A stretch of DNA of 64,000 bases from the NCBI GenBank assembly GCA_045627045.1, contig JAZQMY010000005.1, positions 26,531-90,530 on the forward strand, read 5' to 3'. This document shows, in pieces, positions 16,310 through 26,111 of this stretch (the first letter of the stretch is position 1; the number at the start of each line of letters is the position of its first letter). The notes under the pieces were generated by a model. It saw only the letters and a program-made list of their open reading frames with translations, did not search any database and was not told the origin of the DNA. The position numbers and the translations under genes were made by a program. Origin of the DNA: Clostridia bacterium (GTDB lineage Bacteria > Bacillota > Clostridia > HGM11327).

Positions 16310-18577
16310 TCAGTCGATTTTGTTTTCTTCAAAAATCATTTTGTCGGGATCGTTGAAGTTTGATTCAAGGATCAATACCGGATTGTCAACGTTTTCGCTG
16401 AGATCGTTTCTTCGGAGGATACATCTTTCAGCTTCAAGCTCAAACAGGATGCCTGTGCATGAATCGCTGACCTTGTTCTCCTCAACGATCATATCCGTGA
16501 AGAAGCCTTCTTTTGAATTACGGAAGCCTCTGAACTGAAGAAGCGCGTTATCGGTGAGAGTGTTTCCTCTGAAAAGCATTCCGCTGTTGGTGGATCTGCA
16601 GCCCTTCGTGATGCAGCCGATGGAGGAGTATCCGCTCCAGCCGTCAACGTAGCCTTCTGCCTTTTCACCGAATTTGTGGAGATAGTTTCCGCTTGAGATC
16701 TTGTTGTTGATTACTGATACGAAGTGAACCTCGGTTCTTGCAAAATCAGCCAGAGCGCCGGGCTTTTCACCCTTGTTATCTATCCAGCAGTAAAGCATTA
16801 CACCGGCAGAACGTGACATCTCGTTTCCGTCAAGAACGGACATGACCTGATCGCAGTAGAACTGGAGATGACCGCCGTTTCTCACAGTGTTGTTCAGGAT
16901 GTAGTAGTTTGTACGGAACATACCGCCGAAGCAGAATTCGGAGGTTTCATCGGGCTCGACCGCAAACGGTGAATCGAAGGTGACCTCGTTGTCATGGAAT
17001 TCGACAACTCTTCTTGCCTGACCTGCGCCTTTTCCGGTATTGATAAAGAGACCGCCGCACTTTACTCTGTCTTCACGAAGCTGAATGCCCTCAGGGAACC
17101 ATACCTTTGTGCCTTCGATCTTTATCATTCTTGCAGAGGTCTGCGTGTAGCTCATGTCGGTTGTGAGAGCCTCTCTGTCATTATTGAGCTGATCGTGGAG
17201 GAAGTTCCTTGCCATGTAGCAATGTGATCCGCCGAAGCCGACCGTGCATCCTTCAAATTCACTGTCTTCAAGTATGAGGTTTTCACATCTGCTGAAATAT
17301 GCCCAGCCGCTTGTTCTCTCGTAAACCTTGTTGTTTTTGAAAAATACGTTCTTTTTGTATTTTGTGCCTGTTGTTCCGAATGTCATACCTGTATTGTGGA
17401 ATTCGGAATCAGTGATCTGAATGTTGTCTGCGGCTATTCTGATGAGTGAGGCAGGGTACTTTGACATAAGAATCTCGTTATAAACCTTGACTCTGTTTTC
17501 GGGGCTTGTAACGTGGAACTCACCGCCGGCAAGAGCGTTGAAGTCGGCAATGACGTTTCTGATTATGATGTTCTTTGCATCGTCACGGTTAAGACCTGCG
17601 CAGAGGAGAGCAAGAACTCTTGTGCCTCTGAATTCTACGTTTTCAAATGTAACATCTGATTCAGCTGTGATATATGCTTCCGGAAGCTCGCCGAAGGCAT
17701 ACTGGAAGGGAATCCAGTAAAGCTGTGTCTTTTCAAGAGCTTCGCCTCTGAAAATCGTATGATCGGGAACATTGATCGTGCCTGTCATCTTGTATCTGCC
17801 TCGAGGGATGTAGAGCACACCGCCGTTATTGGCGGCAACTGCATCAAGTGCTTTGCGGAAAGCTTCTGTATCATCTGCTTCACCTGTACCGCAGGCACCG
17901 TAGTCGCGTACGTTGAACACCTCGCAGGGGAATTCTTCGGGCTTCTTTATTTCAATGGAAACAGGCATTGACCATGCCGTTCTTCCGCCGAAGCCGTTTG
18001 AAACGTAGACCTTATATGTACCTTCATTGAGTGTGGCGGGAATTTCAGCCTCGATGGAATAAGCATCAAAAATCTTTTTAACGGGGATCCTTGTGTATTT
18101 ACCGTCTTTTTCAAAAACGATTCTCGGCTTTTTGTCGCCGATAACAAGCTTTTCACCGTTCAGACGGAGCCAGCCGCCGAGTGAAGCTGATTTGCCGAGG
18201 TCACCCTGAAGCCATGAGAGCATAGGCTGATTTACATATACTATATCAAAGCTGTCAGCCGAAAGGAGAGATACAGAGAGCACGCCGTGAATAAAGTCAT
18301 CAGGAATGATGAACTTCAGAGACTGACTGCTCTTCTGGAGTATTTCTGCTTTTCTGGAGCCTTCGCCTTCGATAGGGCGGTCAGCGTTTTGAATCGTCTC
18401 CTCATCAGGTATGGATACCGGTGTGTTGATTGCAATGTATGAAGGCTTTCCAAGAGAAGAGTCAGGAAGACGTGATATTTCAATATCTGTTATTGAGTCA
18501 AGCCCGCTGCCCGAAAGCAATACTGTTTCTCCCGGCTTGACTACCGTGTTTCCACTGAAGTAAACTGTCTTTTTCAA
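16310..18577 (-). CDS. Right-handed parallel beta-helix protein (pectate-lyase-3 / GH28- or GH55-like domain)
   Basis: 755 aa. FNVRDYGACGTGEADDTEAFRKALDAV..GGVLYIPRGRY is the typical N-terminal cap of pectate_lyase_3 beta-helix proteins. No obvious signal peptide. Confidence 0.7.
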   Translation of the reverse strand: MKKTVYFSGNTVVKPGETVLLSGSGLDSITDIEISRLPDSSLGKPSYIAINTPVSIPDEETIQNADRPIEGEGSRKAEILQKSSQSLKFIIPDDFIHGVLSVSLLSADSFDIVYVNQPMLSWLQGDLGKSASLGGWLRLNGEKLVIGDKKPRIVFEKDGKYTRIPVKKIFDAYSIEAEIPATLNEGTYKVYVSNGFGGRTAWSMPVSIEIKKPEEFPCEVFNVRDYGACGTGEADDTEAFRKALDAVAANNGGVLYIPRGRYKMTGTINVPDHTIFRGEALEKTQLYWIPFQYAFGELPEAYITAESDVTFENVEFRGTRVLALLCAGLNRDDAKNIIIRNVIADFNALAGGEFHVTSPENRVKVYNEILMSKYPASLIRIAADNIQITDSEFHNTGMTFGTTGTKYKKNVFFKNNKVYERTSGWAYFSRCENLILEDSEFEGCTVGFGGSHCYMARNFLHDQLNNDREALTTDMSYTQTSARMIKIEGTKVWFPEGIQLREDRVKCGGLFINTGKGAGQARRVVEFHDNEVTFDSPFAVEPDETSEFCFGGMFRTNYYILNNTVRNGGHLQFYCDQVMSVLDGNEMSRSAGVMLYCWIDNKGEKPGALADFARTEVHFVSVINNKISSGNYLHKFGEKAEGYVDGWSGYSSIGCITKGCRSTNSGMLFRGNTLTDNALLQFRGFRNSKEGFFTDMIVEENKVSDSCTGILFELEAERCILRRNDLSENVDNPVLILESNFNDPDKMIFEENKID

Positions 18578-18594
18578 AATGAAATCTCCTTATA

Positions 18595-19707
18595 TTAGTT
18601 TTCTGCTGTTGTTGTGTTTTTATTTTTACGTCTGAATATCAATGCGAAAATATAGATGACGAAAAATGCCAATGAAATGTAGAGAACTGTCTTTCCGACA
18701 GATCCGAAGGCTTTTCCGATGCCTGTAAAGATGCCCAGAACGGATTCATCAAAAGGAAACTCCACTCTTTTTGTTATAACGGAAGTAAGCATACCGCCTG
18801 AGGTAACGCTCCGGATGAGAACGAAAATTCCGCCGAGGAAAAGTGATATGAGCGAGAGCCACAACCATCCGAATCTGCTTCTGTGATGAATTACGACAAG
18901 GATGAGTGCAAAGAACGCTGTTATGCCGATAAGAACATAGACCACCCATTTTTTGAAAAGAGGAGAGGCGAATTTTTTGATTGAAGTGAATGTATTACCG
19001 AATTCACTTTCCGAGCTGAGGTATTTTGATTCGATTTCGCCTGCGCTCGGAAGATTATTATTGAAGGCAAGAGCGAGAGGCTCACTTTTGTTCTTTATTT
19101 CATCAATGAGCTTCTGAGCCGTTTCCTCAGGAATTTCAAGATCTGTATTCCTGTTGATTGCTCCGATGAGAGTATCTGCGGCTTCTGTTATCTGCTCGCT
19201 TGTAACGGACGGGTTGGTTTTGCTTCCCGTGAGCAAGCCGCTTACGATTTCGGCGGTGTAGTCTGAAGCAACATCAACGAAGGATGAATCAGTCAGTATC
19301 TTCAGAATCGTATCCTGATCAAAATTGGCTTTTGAAAAGTCAACATCAAGTATGCCTGTGTTTTTCAGGTCGAGCTCAACGCCTGAAAAATTGAGTATGC
19401 CTGTTTCTTCATTATATTTGAATGTAAAATCCGAAAAAAGCTCCGAAATGTCTGCTGACTCGGAAGGCAATTCATATTCGCCGGTGAGCATTTCGTTGCT
19501 GCAGATTACATCAGCGGCAGGCTTTGACAGATTTTCGGAATAGGATGCGAGTACGCCGAAACCCGATTTGATTATCTCGGACAGAATTTCAGGTGAAACA
19601 GCCTTTTGAATGGAAGCAACTGTCATGGTAGCCAGCTGAAGAGCCACAATCAGAACTGTGAGAATGATAGTCAGAATGAATCTGAAAAAGCCTGCAATTA
19701 TCTTCAT
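18595..19707 (-). CDS. Hypothetical membrane protein
   Basis: 370 aa with an N-terminal TM, a large acidic middle domain and 3-4 C-terminal TM segments. Lies 18 nt upstream of the beta-helix gene. Confidence 0.65.
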   Translation of the reverse strand: MKIIAGFFRFILTIILTVLIVALQLATMTVASIQKAVSPEILSEIIKSGFGVLASYSENLSKPAADVICSNEMLTGEYELPSESADISELFSDFTFKYNEETGILNFSGVELDLKNTGILDVDFSKANFDQDTILKILTDSSFVDVASDYTAEIVSGLLTGSKTNPSVTSEQITEAADTLIGAINRNTDLEIPEETAQKLIDEIKNKSEPLALAFNNNLPSAGEIESKYLSSESEFGNTFTSIKKFASPLFKKWVVYVLIGITAFFALILVVIHHRSRFGWLWLSLISLFLGGIFVLIRSVTSGGMLTSVITKRVEFPFDESVLGIFTGIGKAFGSVGKTVLYISLAFFVIYIFALIFRRKNKNTTTAEN

Positions 19708-19999
19708 AGAATAATCTCCTTGTCGGTATGATGGTATTTGACGGAGCCTGAAACCGATGCTGCTTTCCGCCTGACAGCTGAATTGCTGATTTTGTTGCTT
19801 TTTTCAATGCAATTTGCCATTTAATCTATTATAGCATATAGCATTTGAAATGTCAAATGCAAAAAATAAGAAAAAAACCATTCTTTTTTAATAAAACCCT
19901 GTTATTGATATTGCAAAAAAACAGATTATCTGTTATAATATACTGTGGATATTGCGGAACTTTTTATTGCCGCAGATTGAAAGGGGCATAACAGATATT

Positions 20000-20698
20000 A
20001 TGAAAGAAGCAAGCGCAAACAGTGAGAAGAAACGCCTTGCAGGCGAATATGCCGCAACACTTATTGAAAACGGTATGACAGTTGGCATAGGAACAGGCTC
20101 AACGGTTTTTTTCTTTGTAAAGGCACTCAAAAAGCGTATGGATGAGGAGAACCTTGAATTTACCGGAGTTGTAACTTCATTTCAGACGAGATGCCTGTGC
20201 GAGGAGCTCGGAATAAAGCTCGTTGACGTAAGCAGTGTGGATAAGCTTGATATTGCAGTTGACGGAGCAGACGAGGTCGATCCGGAGCTTAACGGAATAA
20301 AGGGCGGCGGTGCAGCCCAGACGATCGAAAAGGTTGTAGCTGGACTTGCGGAAAAGTATGTTTTTATTATCGACGAAACAAAGAAGGTTTCATATCTCGG
20401 CGAAACATTCCCGATCCCTGTTGAGGTAATACCTCAGGCATGGAGATCGGTAAGAAATTCCATAAAGAAGATGGGCTTTGATTCTGAAATCAGAATTGCA
20501 AAGCGTAAGGACGGCCCTGTAATAACAGATAACGGAAATTTCGTTCTTGATGTAACAATCGGTCGCAAGGTTGATATAGACAAGCTCAATAAAGATATTA
20601 CAATGCTTCCGGGTGTACTGGAAACAGGCCTTTTCATCGGATACGGTGATATTGCCTGCGTAGGTACAGATAACGGCGTTGAAGTTATAAGAAAATAA
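20000..20698 (+). CDS. rpiA: Ribose-5-phosphate isomerase A
   Basis: GIGTGSTV and DGADEVD..L..IKGGG motifs. Start moved to ATG 20000 after GAAAGGGG. Confidence 0.92.
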   Translation: MKEASANSEKKRLAGEYAATLIENGMTVGIGTGSTVFFFVKALKKRMDEENLEFTGVVTSFQTRCLCEELGIKLVDVSSVDKLDIAVDGADEVDPELNGIKGGGAAQTIEKVVAGLAEKYVFIIDETKKVSYLGETFPIPVEVIPQAWRSVRNSIKKMGFDSEIRIAKRKDGPVITDNGNFVLDVTIGRKVDIDKLNKDITMLPGVLETGLFIGYGDIACVGTDNGVEVIRK

Positions 20699-20731
20699 TC
20701 AGAAAAAACAAAATAAAGAAGGTAACAGACT

Positions 20732-21361
20732 ATGAACAGAATTCACGTAATGGATCATCCTCTTATTCAGCACAAGGTTGCTCTTATAAGGGATAAGAAC
20801 ACAAGCTCAAAGGATTTCAGAGAGCTCGTTGAAGAAATCGCAATGCTTATGGCATATGAAGTAACAAGAGATTTCCCCCTCAAAGAAGTAGAAATCGAGA
20901 CACCGGTAGCCAAGGCAAACGTAAAAAGAATCGATGGCAAGAACGTAGCTATCGTACCGATCCTCAGAGCAGGTCTCGGAATGGTAAACGGTATGCTCAA
21001 TCTTGTTCCTAACGCAAAGGTAGGTCATATCGGCCTTTACAGAGATCCAGACACAAAGAATCCTGTTGATTACTACTGCAAGCTCCCTGTTGATATTGAA
21101 GAGAGAGAAGCAATCATCGTAGATCCTATGCTCGCAACAGGCGGCTCAGCTATTGAAGCTATCAACATTCTCAAGAGACATCACGCAAAGAACGTTAAGC
21201 TCATGTGCCTCATCGGTGCTCCCGAGGGCGTAAAGGCAGTTTCAGAAGCTCATCCTGATGTTGATATTTTCGTTGCTGCAGTTGATGAGAAGCTCAACGA
21301 AGATTGCTATATCGTACCGGGTCTCGGCGATGCAGGCGACAGACTCTTCGGCACAAAGTAA
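20732..21361 (+). CDS. upp: Uracil phosphoribosyltransferase
   Basis: [17 protein letters not shown], the [14 protein letters not shown]-binding loop, and C-terminal [15 protein letters not shown]. Confidence 0.96.
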   Translation: MNRIHVMDHPLIQHKVALIRDKNTSSKDFRELVEEIAMLMAYEVTRDFPLKEVEIETPVAKANVKRIDGKNVAIVPILRAGLGMVNGMLNLVPNAKVGHIGLYRDPDTKNPVDYYCKLPVDIEEREAIIVDPMLATGGSAIEAINILKRHHAKNVKLMCLIGAPEGVKAVSEAHPDVDIFVAAVDEKLNEDCYIVPGLGDAGDRLFGTK

Positions 21362-21384
21362 TCAGAAAACAAATCAGAAATACA

Positions 21385-21422
21385 AAGCTCAGTACGGATA
21401 TTGAGTCCGCACTGAGCTTTTT
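21385..21422. terminator. Bidirectional terminator (upp / phosphoesterase)
   Basis: AAAGCTCAGTACGGA / TCCGCACTGAGCTTT hairpin with flanking A and T runs. Confidence 0.8.
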
Positions 21423-21453
21423 CATTATATATTATTGCTTTTTTGATTGCTTT

Positions 21454-22440
21454 TTACTCGTTTTCGCCAAAGAAGGATCTGATATCCACAAACTTATGCT
21501 CAACGCTGCTGATTCCGTCAGAAGAGACTTTCATCACAGTTCCGCCTATGAGATCCTTACTGTAATAACAACCGATACCTGTTTTCAGTGAGTACATAAG
21601 CCATATACCGTCATAGCAGATACCGAAATTGTTTACATGATCGTGACCTACGAGGACGTGCTTTGTGGTGCCTGCTTTTTTCAGCACTTCGAATGCTCCC
21701 TCATCCTTGCAGAATGAACAGATCCTTTCGTGGCGGACACCGAATGAATCTTTGTAGCCTTCGTTCCAGTGGGACAGAGAGTTATCTGTCGGCGGTACTT
21801 CTTCCGCTCTCATATCACCGCTGAATGCCGCATCAAATGCTCTGTTGTAAGCATAGATCGGTATGTGAGTGATGAGCGTCGTGTCAGTATAGCCGAGTTT
21901 TTTGAACTCTTCCGCTTTTTCGGAGTACCATTCAAGCTGATTCGGCTCAAAGCAAGCCCAGTCCGATTTTGTCTCACCGTTTTCATCTACGTATGATTTT
22001 CTGTCGTGTGAATCCATCATGAAGAGAGCCTCGCATGGCTTTTCGCCTTCATTTATAAGAATAATGTAATTGCCGTTTCCGAGAGCAGGATCACCCTTTT
22101 CAAAGAGACAGAATTTGTGCTTCAGGTATCCGTCAGCCATTCTGTTTACTTCCTCTGCGCCACCCTGATTGTCATGATTGCCCCATACGGGAGCCCAGAG
22201 AATGCCGAGCGAATCCATGTAGTCTGCGAATTTTTCGTAAGCGTCGGGCTGAGGAGCAAAAGCGATATCACCGCTGACCGTGATGAGATCGGGCTTTACC
22301 TCTTCGACGAGCTTTTCCATTGTGTATCTGAATATTTTTCCGACCATATTATCGTTTTCATATTCGTTGGAATTTACCTGAGGGTCCGAAATGTTAAGGA
22401 TCGTGAAATCCTTATCTCTTTTTTTCTGCAACTTTATCAT
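21454..22440 (-). CDS. Metallophosphoesterase (calcineurin-like)
   Basis: Motifs ISDPQ, SGDIA, GNHD, and later ITHIP and GHDH. Confidence 0.8.
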   Translation of the reverse strand: MIKLQKKRDKDFTILNISDPQVNSNEYENDNMVGKIFRYTMEKLVEEVKPDLITVSGDIAFAPQPDAYEKFADYMDSLGILWAPVWGNHDNQGGAEEVNRMADGYLKHKFCLFEKGDPALGNGNYIILINEGEKPCEALFMMDSHDRKSYVDENGETKSDWACFEPNQLEWYSEKAEEFKKLGYTDTTLITHIPIYAYNRAFDAAFSGDMRAEEVPPTDNSLSHWNEGYKDSFGVRHERICSFCKDEGAFEVLKKAGTTKHVLVGHDHVNNFGICYDGIWLMYSLKTGIGCYYSKDLIGGTVMKVSSDGISSVEHKFVDIRSFFGENE

Positions 22441-22472
22441 AATTATTATTTCCCTTTTATTTTTTCAAAATA

Positions 22473-22802
22473 TTATTTTTCGTTGTTTTCTTCCTTTGAC
22501 TCACGAATTTTTTCTTCGAAGATATTTTTTGTTTCCTCTCTCCAATTATCGCTCATCATCGCTTTGGCAAATGGTTCAAAATCAGGGTTGTCGCTATGCT
22601 CGACAGTATGCTTTATTAGAATCTGCTGAATAAGCGACCAAATCAATGCCAAAATAAAGATTCCGAGTGCAAAATAACAACATATTTTGTTCTTGATCCC
22701 GATAATTGCCAAAACTGCCGCAATCAGAAGCAATGGGAATTTTTTCAGCAGATTCATCAAAAAACCTATAATGAACAGATCTGAATTATATTTATTGTTC
22801 AT
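22473..22802 (-). CDS. Small membrane protein, unknown function
   Basis: Start moved to ATG 22802 after AGGAGAAA. Three predicted TM helices and a charged C-terminal tail. Confidence 0.55.
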   Translation of the reverse strand: MNNKYNSDLFIIGFLMNLLKKFPLLLIAAVLAIIGIKNKICCYFALGIFILALIWSLIQQILIKHTVEHSDNPDFEPFAKAMMSDNWREETKNIFEEKIRESKEENNEK

Positions 22803-22900
22803 TTTATCTTTTTCTCCTATTTCCCTTTTCTCATAAATCTTGTCGGCATGATGACAAAACTTCATTATGCACTATCATCCAAGAAAAAATTCCGTTTTTA

Positions 22901-23875
22901 TTACAGTATTCCGCCTGTGACCTCATGAACCACTGAAAGCGACTTTGCCGCCTCACTGACTGTGCAGGTGATCTTCGTATCGTTAATGATGGAATTGAGA
23001 AATTCAAGATCCTCTGCGGCAAACATATCGTTTCTCTTTGTTGCGGCATGGAATTTCTCTTCCTTCATTGTGTCACGTCTGAAGCAGGTGAGATCATACT
23101 CGTCCCATGAGCCGAACGAAAGCTTCATTGTGCCCTTCGTACCGATAAGCTCAAGCTCTCTGCGGCGTGGAGTCTGGAAGAAGTCGAGATGAACCGTTGC
23201 GACCTTGTTACCCGAAAGCTTCATAAGAAGCTCTACCGTATCCGGTGCTTCAATGCCTATGTCGCTGAACGGACCGTAAACGCCGTAAGCCTTTTCAACA
23301 CTGCTTCCCGTGAGCCATATTGCAAGGTCAAGGTCATGAATAAGCTCAAATGCGCCTGAGTGCTTTGCGTAATAGATCGTTTTGTAATCGGGACGCACGT
23401 CAGGGAAATGTTCGCCCATCATTGCTCTTACCGAAACAATGTCGCCTATTGCTCCCTCGTCTGCAAGACCTTTCATCTTCAGAACTCCGTCATGGAATCT
23501 GAAGCAGAAGCCTACCATTACCTTTTTGCCGCTTTCATCGACCTTCTTAATAAATTCGTCCACGCCCTTCATTGAATCCGAAAGCGGCTTTTCAAGGAAT
23601 ACGTTGCATCCTGCATCGAGTGCATCACAGGCATTTGAGATGTGAAGCGCAGGAGGAGTGAGAACGAAAACGGCATCTGGCTTTTCAGCGAGACCTTTTT
23701 CGTAGCTTTCAACGTATCTTGCGCAGGGTGTCTGCTGAATGAGAGCATCCGCTTGGGCTTTTACGGGATCGAAAACGAGAATGTTTTTTATGCCTATTGA
23801 GGATAAAACGTCTGCGTGACGCTTGCCGATTGAGCCGCAGCCGAGTATCAGAACCTTCAAGTCACTTATTTGCAT
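22901..23875 (-). CDS. Gfo/Idh/MocA-family oxidoreductase
   Basis: N-terminal Rossmann motif ILGCGSIGKRH and an EKP motif (FLEKPLS). Confidence 0.85.
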   Translation of the reverse strand: MQISDLKVLILGCGSIGKRHADVLSSIGIKNILVFDPVKAQADALIQQTPCARYVESYEKGLAEKPDAVFVLTPPALHISNACDALDAGCNVFLEKPLSDSMKGVDEFIKKVDESGKKVMVGFCFRFHDGVLKMKGLADEGAIGDIVSVRAMMGEHFPDVRPDYKTIYYAKHSGAFELIHDLDLAIWLTGSSVEKAYGVYGPFSDIGIEAPDTVELLMKLSGNKVATVHLDFFQTPRRRELELIGTKGTMKLSFGSWDEYDLTCFRRDTMKEEKFHAATKRNDMFAAEDLEFLNSIINDTKITCTVSEAAKSLSVVHEVTGGIL

Positions 23876-24687
23876 GAGCTGAATCCTCCGTCAACTACGA
23901 TATTCTGTCCTGTGATGTAATCGGAAGCACCTGATGCGAGGAAAAGCGCAGTGCCCTTGAGATCCTTGCCCATTGTGCCCATTTTGCGCTGAGGCGTGAG
24001 AGCGGCATAATCGTTGACAAAGCCCTCGGGGATATCGCCCTTGTCGAAGCCACCGGGGGAGATGCAGTTTACATTTACATGATATGGCGCCATAAATGCA
24101 GCAAGGTCTCTTGTCATACCTATTACGCCTGCCTTTGATGCGGCATAGTCGATAGGCTGTTCACCTTTGTTGTTTCTGCGGTACATTTCTCTGTCTCTGC
24201 CTACTATGCCTGCGATGGAGCCGATATTGATTATCTTTCCGCCGCCGTTGTCAGCCATTATCCTGCCGATCTCCTTACAGCAGTAGAGCGCACCGATGAG
24301 GTTCGTAGTGATGAGGTTATTTATGTCTTCAGCTGAACGCTTGAAGAGATTTCCCTCTGATGCACCTGAGCCACCGCCTGCATTGTTTATGAGTATGTCT
24401 ATGTGGCCCTTCCAGGCGAGTGCCTTCTGAGCGGCAAGAACTACTTCATCATAATTCTTCTGATCGAGCTTTACGCCGAGCGTATCAACGCCGTATTCGT
24501 CATGAAGCTTTGATGCTGTTTCAACGGCTCTTTTTTCATCTCTTGATGTAACGACTATGTCACAGCCTGCTTCGGCGAGAATGGATGCCATATCCCAACC
24601 GAGCCATGCATGGGCACCGGTAACGAATGCAACCTTTCCTGTGAGATCAAAGAACGAGTTGATAGTATTGCGTTTATCTGAAATCAT
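23866..24687 (-). CDS. SDR-family oxidoreductase (gluconate 5-dehydrogenase-like)
   Basis: TGAHAWLG cofactor motif, NNAG, and the catalytic YAASK. Confidence 0.85.
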   Translation of the reverse strand: MISDKRNTINSFFDLTGKVAFVTGAHAWLGWDMASILAEAGCDIVVTSRDEKRAVETASKLHDEYGVDTLGVKLDQKNYDEVVLAAQKALAWKGHIDILINNAGGGSGASEGNLFKRSAEDINNLITTNLIGALYCCKEIGRIMADNGGGKIINIGSIAGIVGRDREMYRRNNKGEQPIDYAASKAGVIGMTRDLAAFMAPYHVNVNCISPGGFDKGDIPEGFVNDYAALTPQRKMGTMGKDLKGTALFLASGASDYITGQNIVVDGGFSSCK

Positions 24688-25001
24688 ATGTTTTCCTCCT
24701 TGTAGTGAATGTATTTATTATAGTAAACTCTTCTGAAAATGTCAAGCAAAAATGATAAAGAATTTATTTTTATTGCTGCTCTGAAGACTTAAAAAAGAGG
24801 ACGGAAAGCTTTTTCTGAATAATAAAAGCATTCAATATGCAGAAATAAGCTCTTACGAGCTGAAAAATAATATTTTTTGTATTGAAAATGAAAAAACAGT
24901 AAATTTTCTTTCAAAAAGATATTGCTTTTTTTTATTAAATGATGTATAATAAGGCAAAATTCATAATTCCGTCACAAGATGGAAAAAAACGGAGGTTTAT
25001 C

Positions 25002-25988
25002 ATGAAAAAGATCATTGCTATGATTCTTTTGCTTGCATTTGCTGCAGTTATGTTTTCAGGCTGCGCAAGCGAGCTCATAACAGTAGGAACAGGTGGTCCT
25101 ACAGGTACATATTACGGATATACAAACGCAGTTGGTACGATTCTCGGAACAGAGACAGGTCTCAATTTCAACGTTGTTTCAACAGGCGGTTCAGTTGCTA
25201 ACATCAAGGGTATGGATGACGGCGACTACAAAATGGCTATCGTTCAGAACGATACAATGATCAAGGCTTACAATGCTCTTGATGACAAGAACTTTGCAAA
25301 CGGCGCTATCACATCTTTCTCAGTTCTCGGCGAAGTTTACTCAGAGGTAGTTCAGATCGTTGTTGACGGCAAGCTCAAGGATCAGGTCAAGACACTCGCT
25401 GACCTCAAGGGTATGAGAGTATCTGTCGGTGATATCGGCTCAGGCGTTCTTGATAACGCAAAGCAGCTTTTCGCTATGTACGGCATTGACATTGACAAAG
25501 ATATCCAGCAGTTCAACCTTTCTGTCGGCGACTCTGCTTCACAGATGAAGGATGAGAAGATTGATGCTTTCTTCTTCACATCAGGTGCTCCTGCAACAGC
25601 TATCACAGACCTTGCTCTTTCAAAGGACATTTTCCTTCTTTCACTCGAAGATTCAGTAATGGAGAAGTTCATCGAGAACAACAAGATCGATGGTAAATAC
25701 GAAGTATATTCAAAGCAGCCCATCACACACGCTCAGTACGCTTGCATCGCTGAAGATGCTCCTGTTTACACTATCGGTGTTACGGCAACATTTATCGTAT
25801 CAAACAACCTTTCAGAAGATACTGTTTACTCGATCACAAAGGCTCTCTGGGAGAAGAAGGCTGACATCGCACAGGCACACGCTATCGGTGCTTCAATGGA
25901 TGTAAACAGCGCATTCGTTACTATCGGTAATGTTCCGCTCCACAAGGGTGCTGAAAAGTACTACAAGGAAATCGGTCTTATCGACTGA
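25002..25988 (+). CDS. TAXI-family TRAP transporter solute-binding lipoprotein
   Basis: Start moved to ATG 25002 after GGAGG (lipobox FSGCAS). TVGTGGPTGTYY is the TAXI (TIGR02122-type) hallmark. Confidence 0.85.
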   Translation: MKKIIAMILLLAFAAVMFSGCASELITVGTGGPTGTYYGYTNAVGTILGTETGLNFNVVSTGGSVANIKGMDDGDYKMAIVQNDTMIKAYNALDDKNFANGAITSFSVLGEVYSEVVQIVVDGKLKDQVKTLADLKGMRVSVGDIGSGVLDNAKQLFAMYGIDIDKDIQQFNLSVGDSASQMKDEKIDAFFFTSGAPATAITDLALSKDIFLLSLEDSVMEKFIENNKIDGKYEVYSKQPITHAQYACIAEDAPVYTIGVTATFIVSNNLSEDTVYSITKALWEKKADIAQAHAIGASMDVNSAFVTIGNVPLHKGAEKYYKEIGLID

Positions 25989-26015
25989 TCAAAAAGAAAA
26001 ATAAATCGGTCATTT

Positions 26016-26047
26016 GCCCGGTATCTTAATGGACACCGGGCTTTTTT
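26016..26047 (+). terminator. Intra-operon hairpin/attenuating terminator after the binding-protein gene
   Basis: GCCCGGT-12 nt-ACCGGGC followed by TTTTTT. Confidence 0.7.
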
Positions 26048-26111
26048 ACGGAGAATATCTGCCGAAGGATCTGTTCCCGAAGGCAGAAGAAATTGTTAGG
26101 AGGAAAATTCT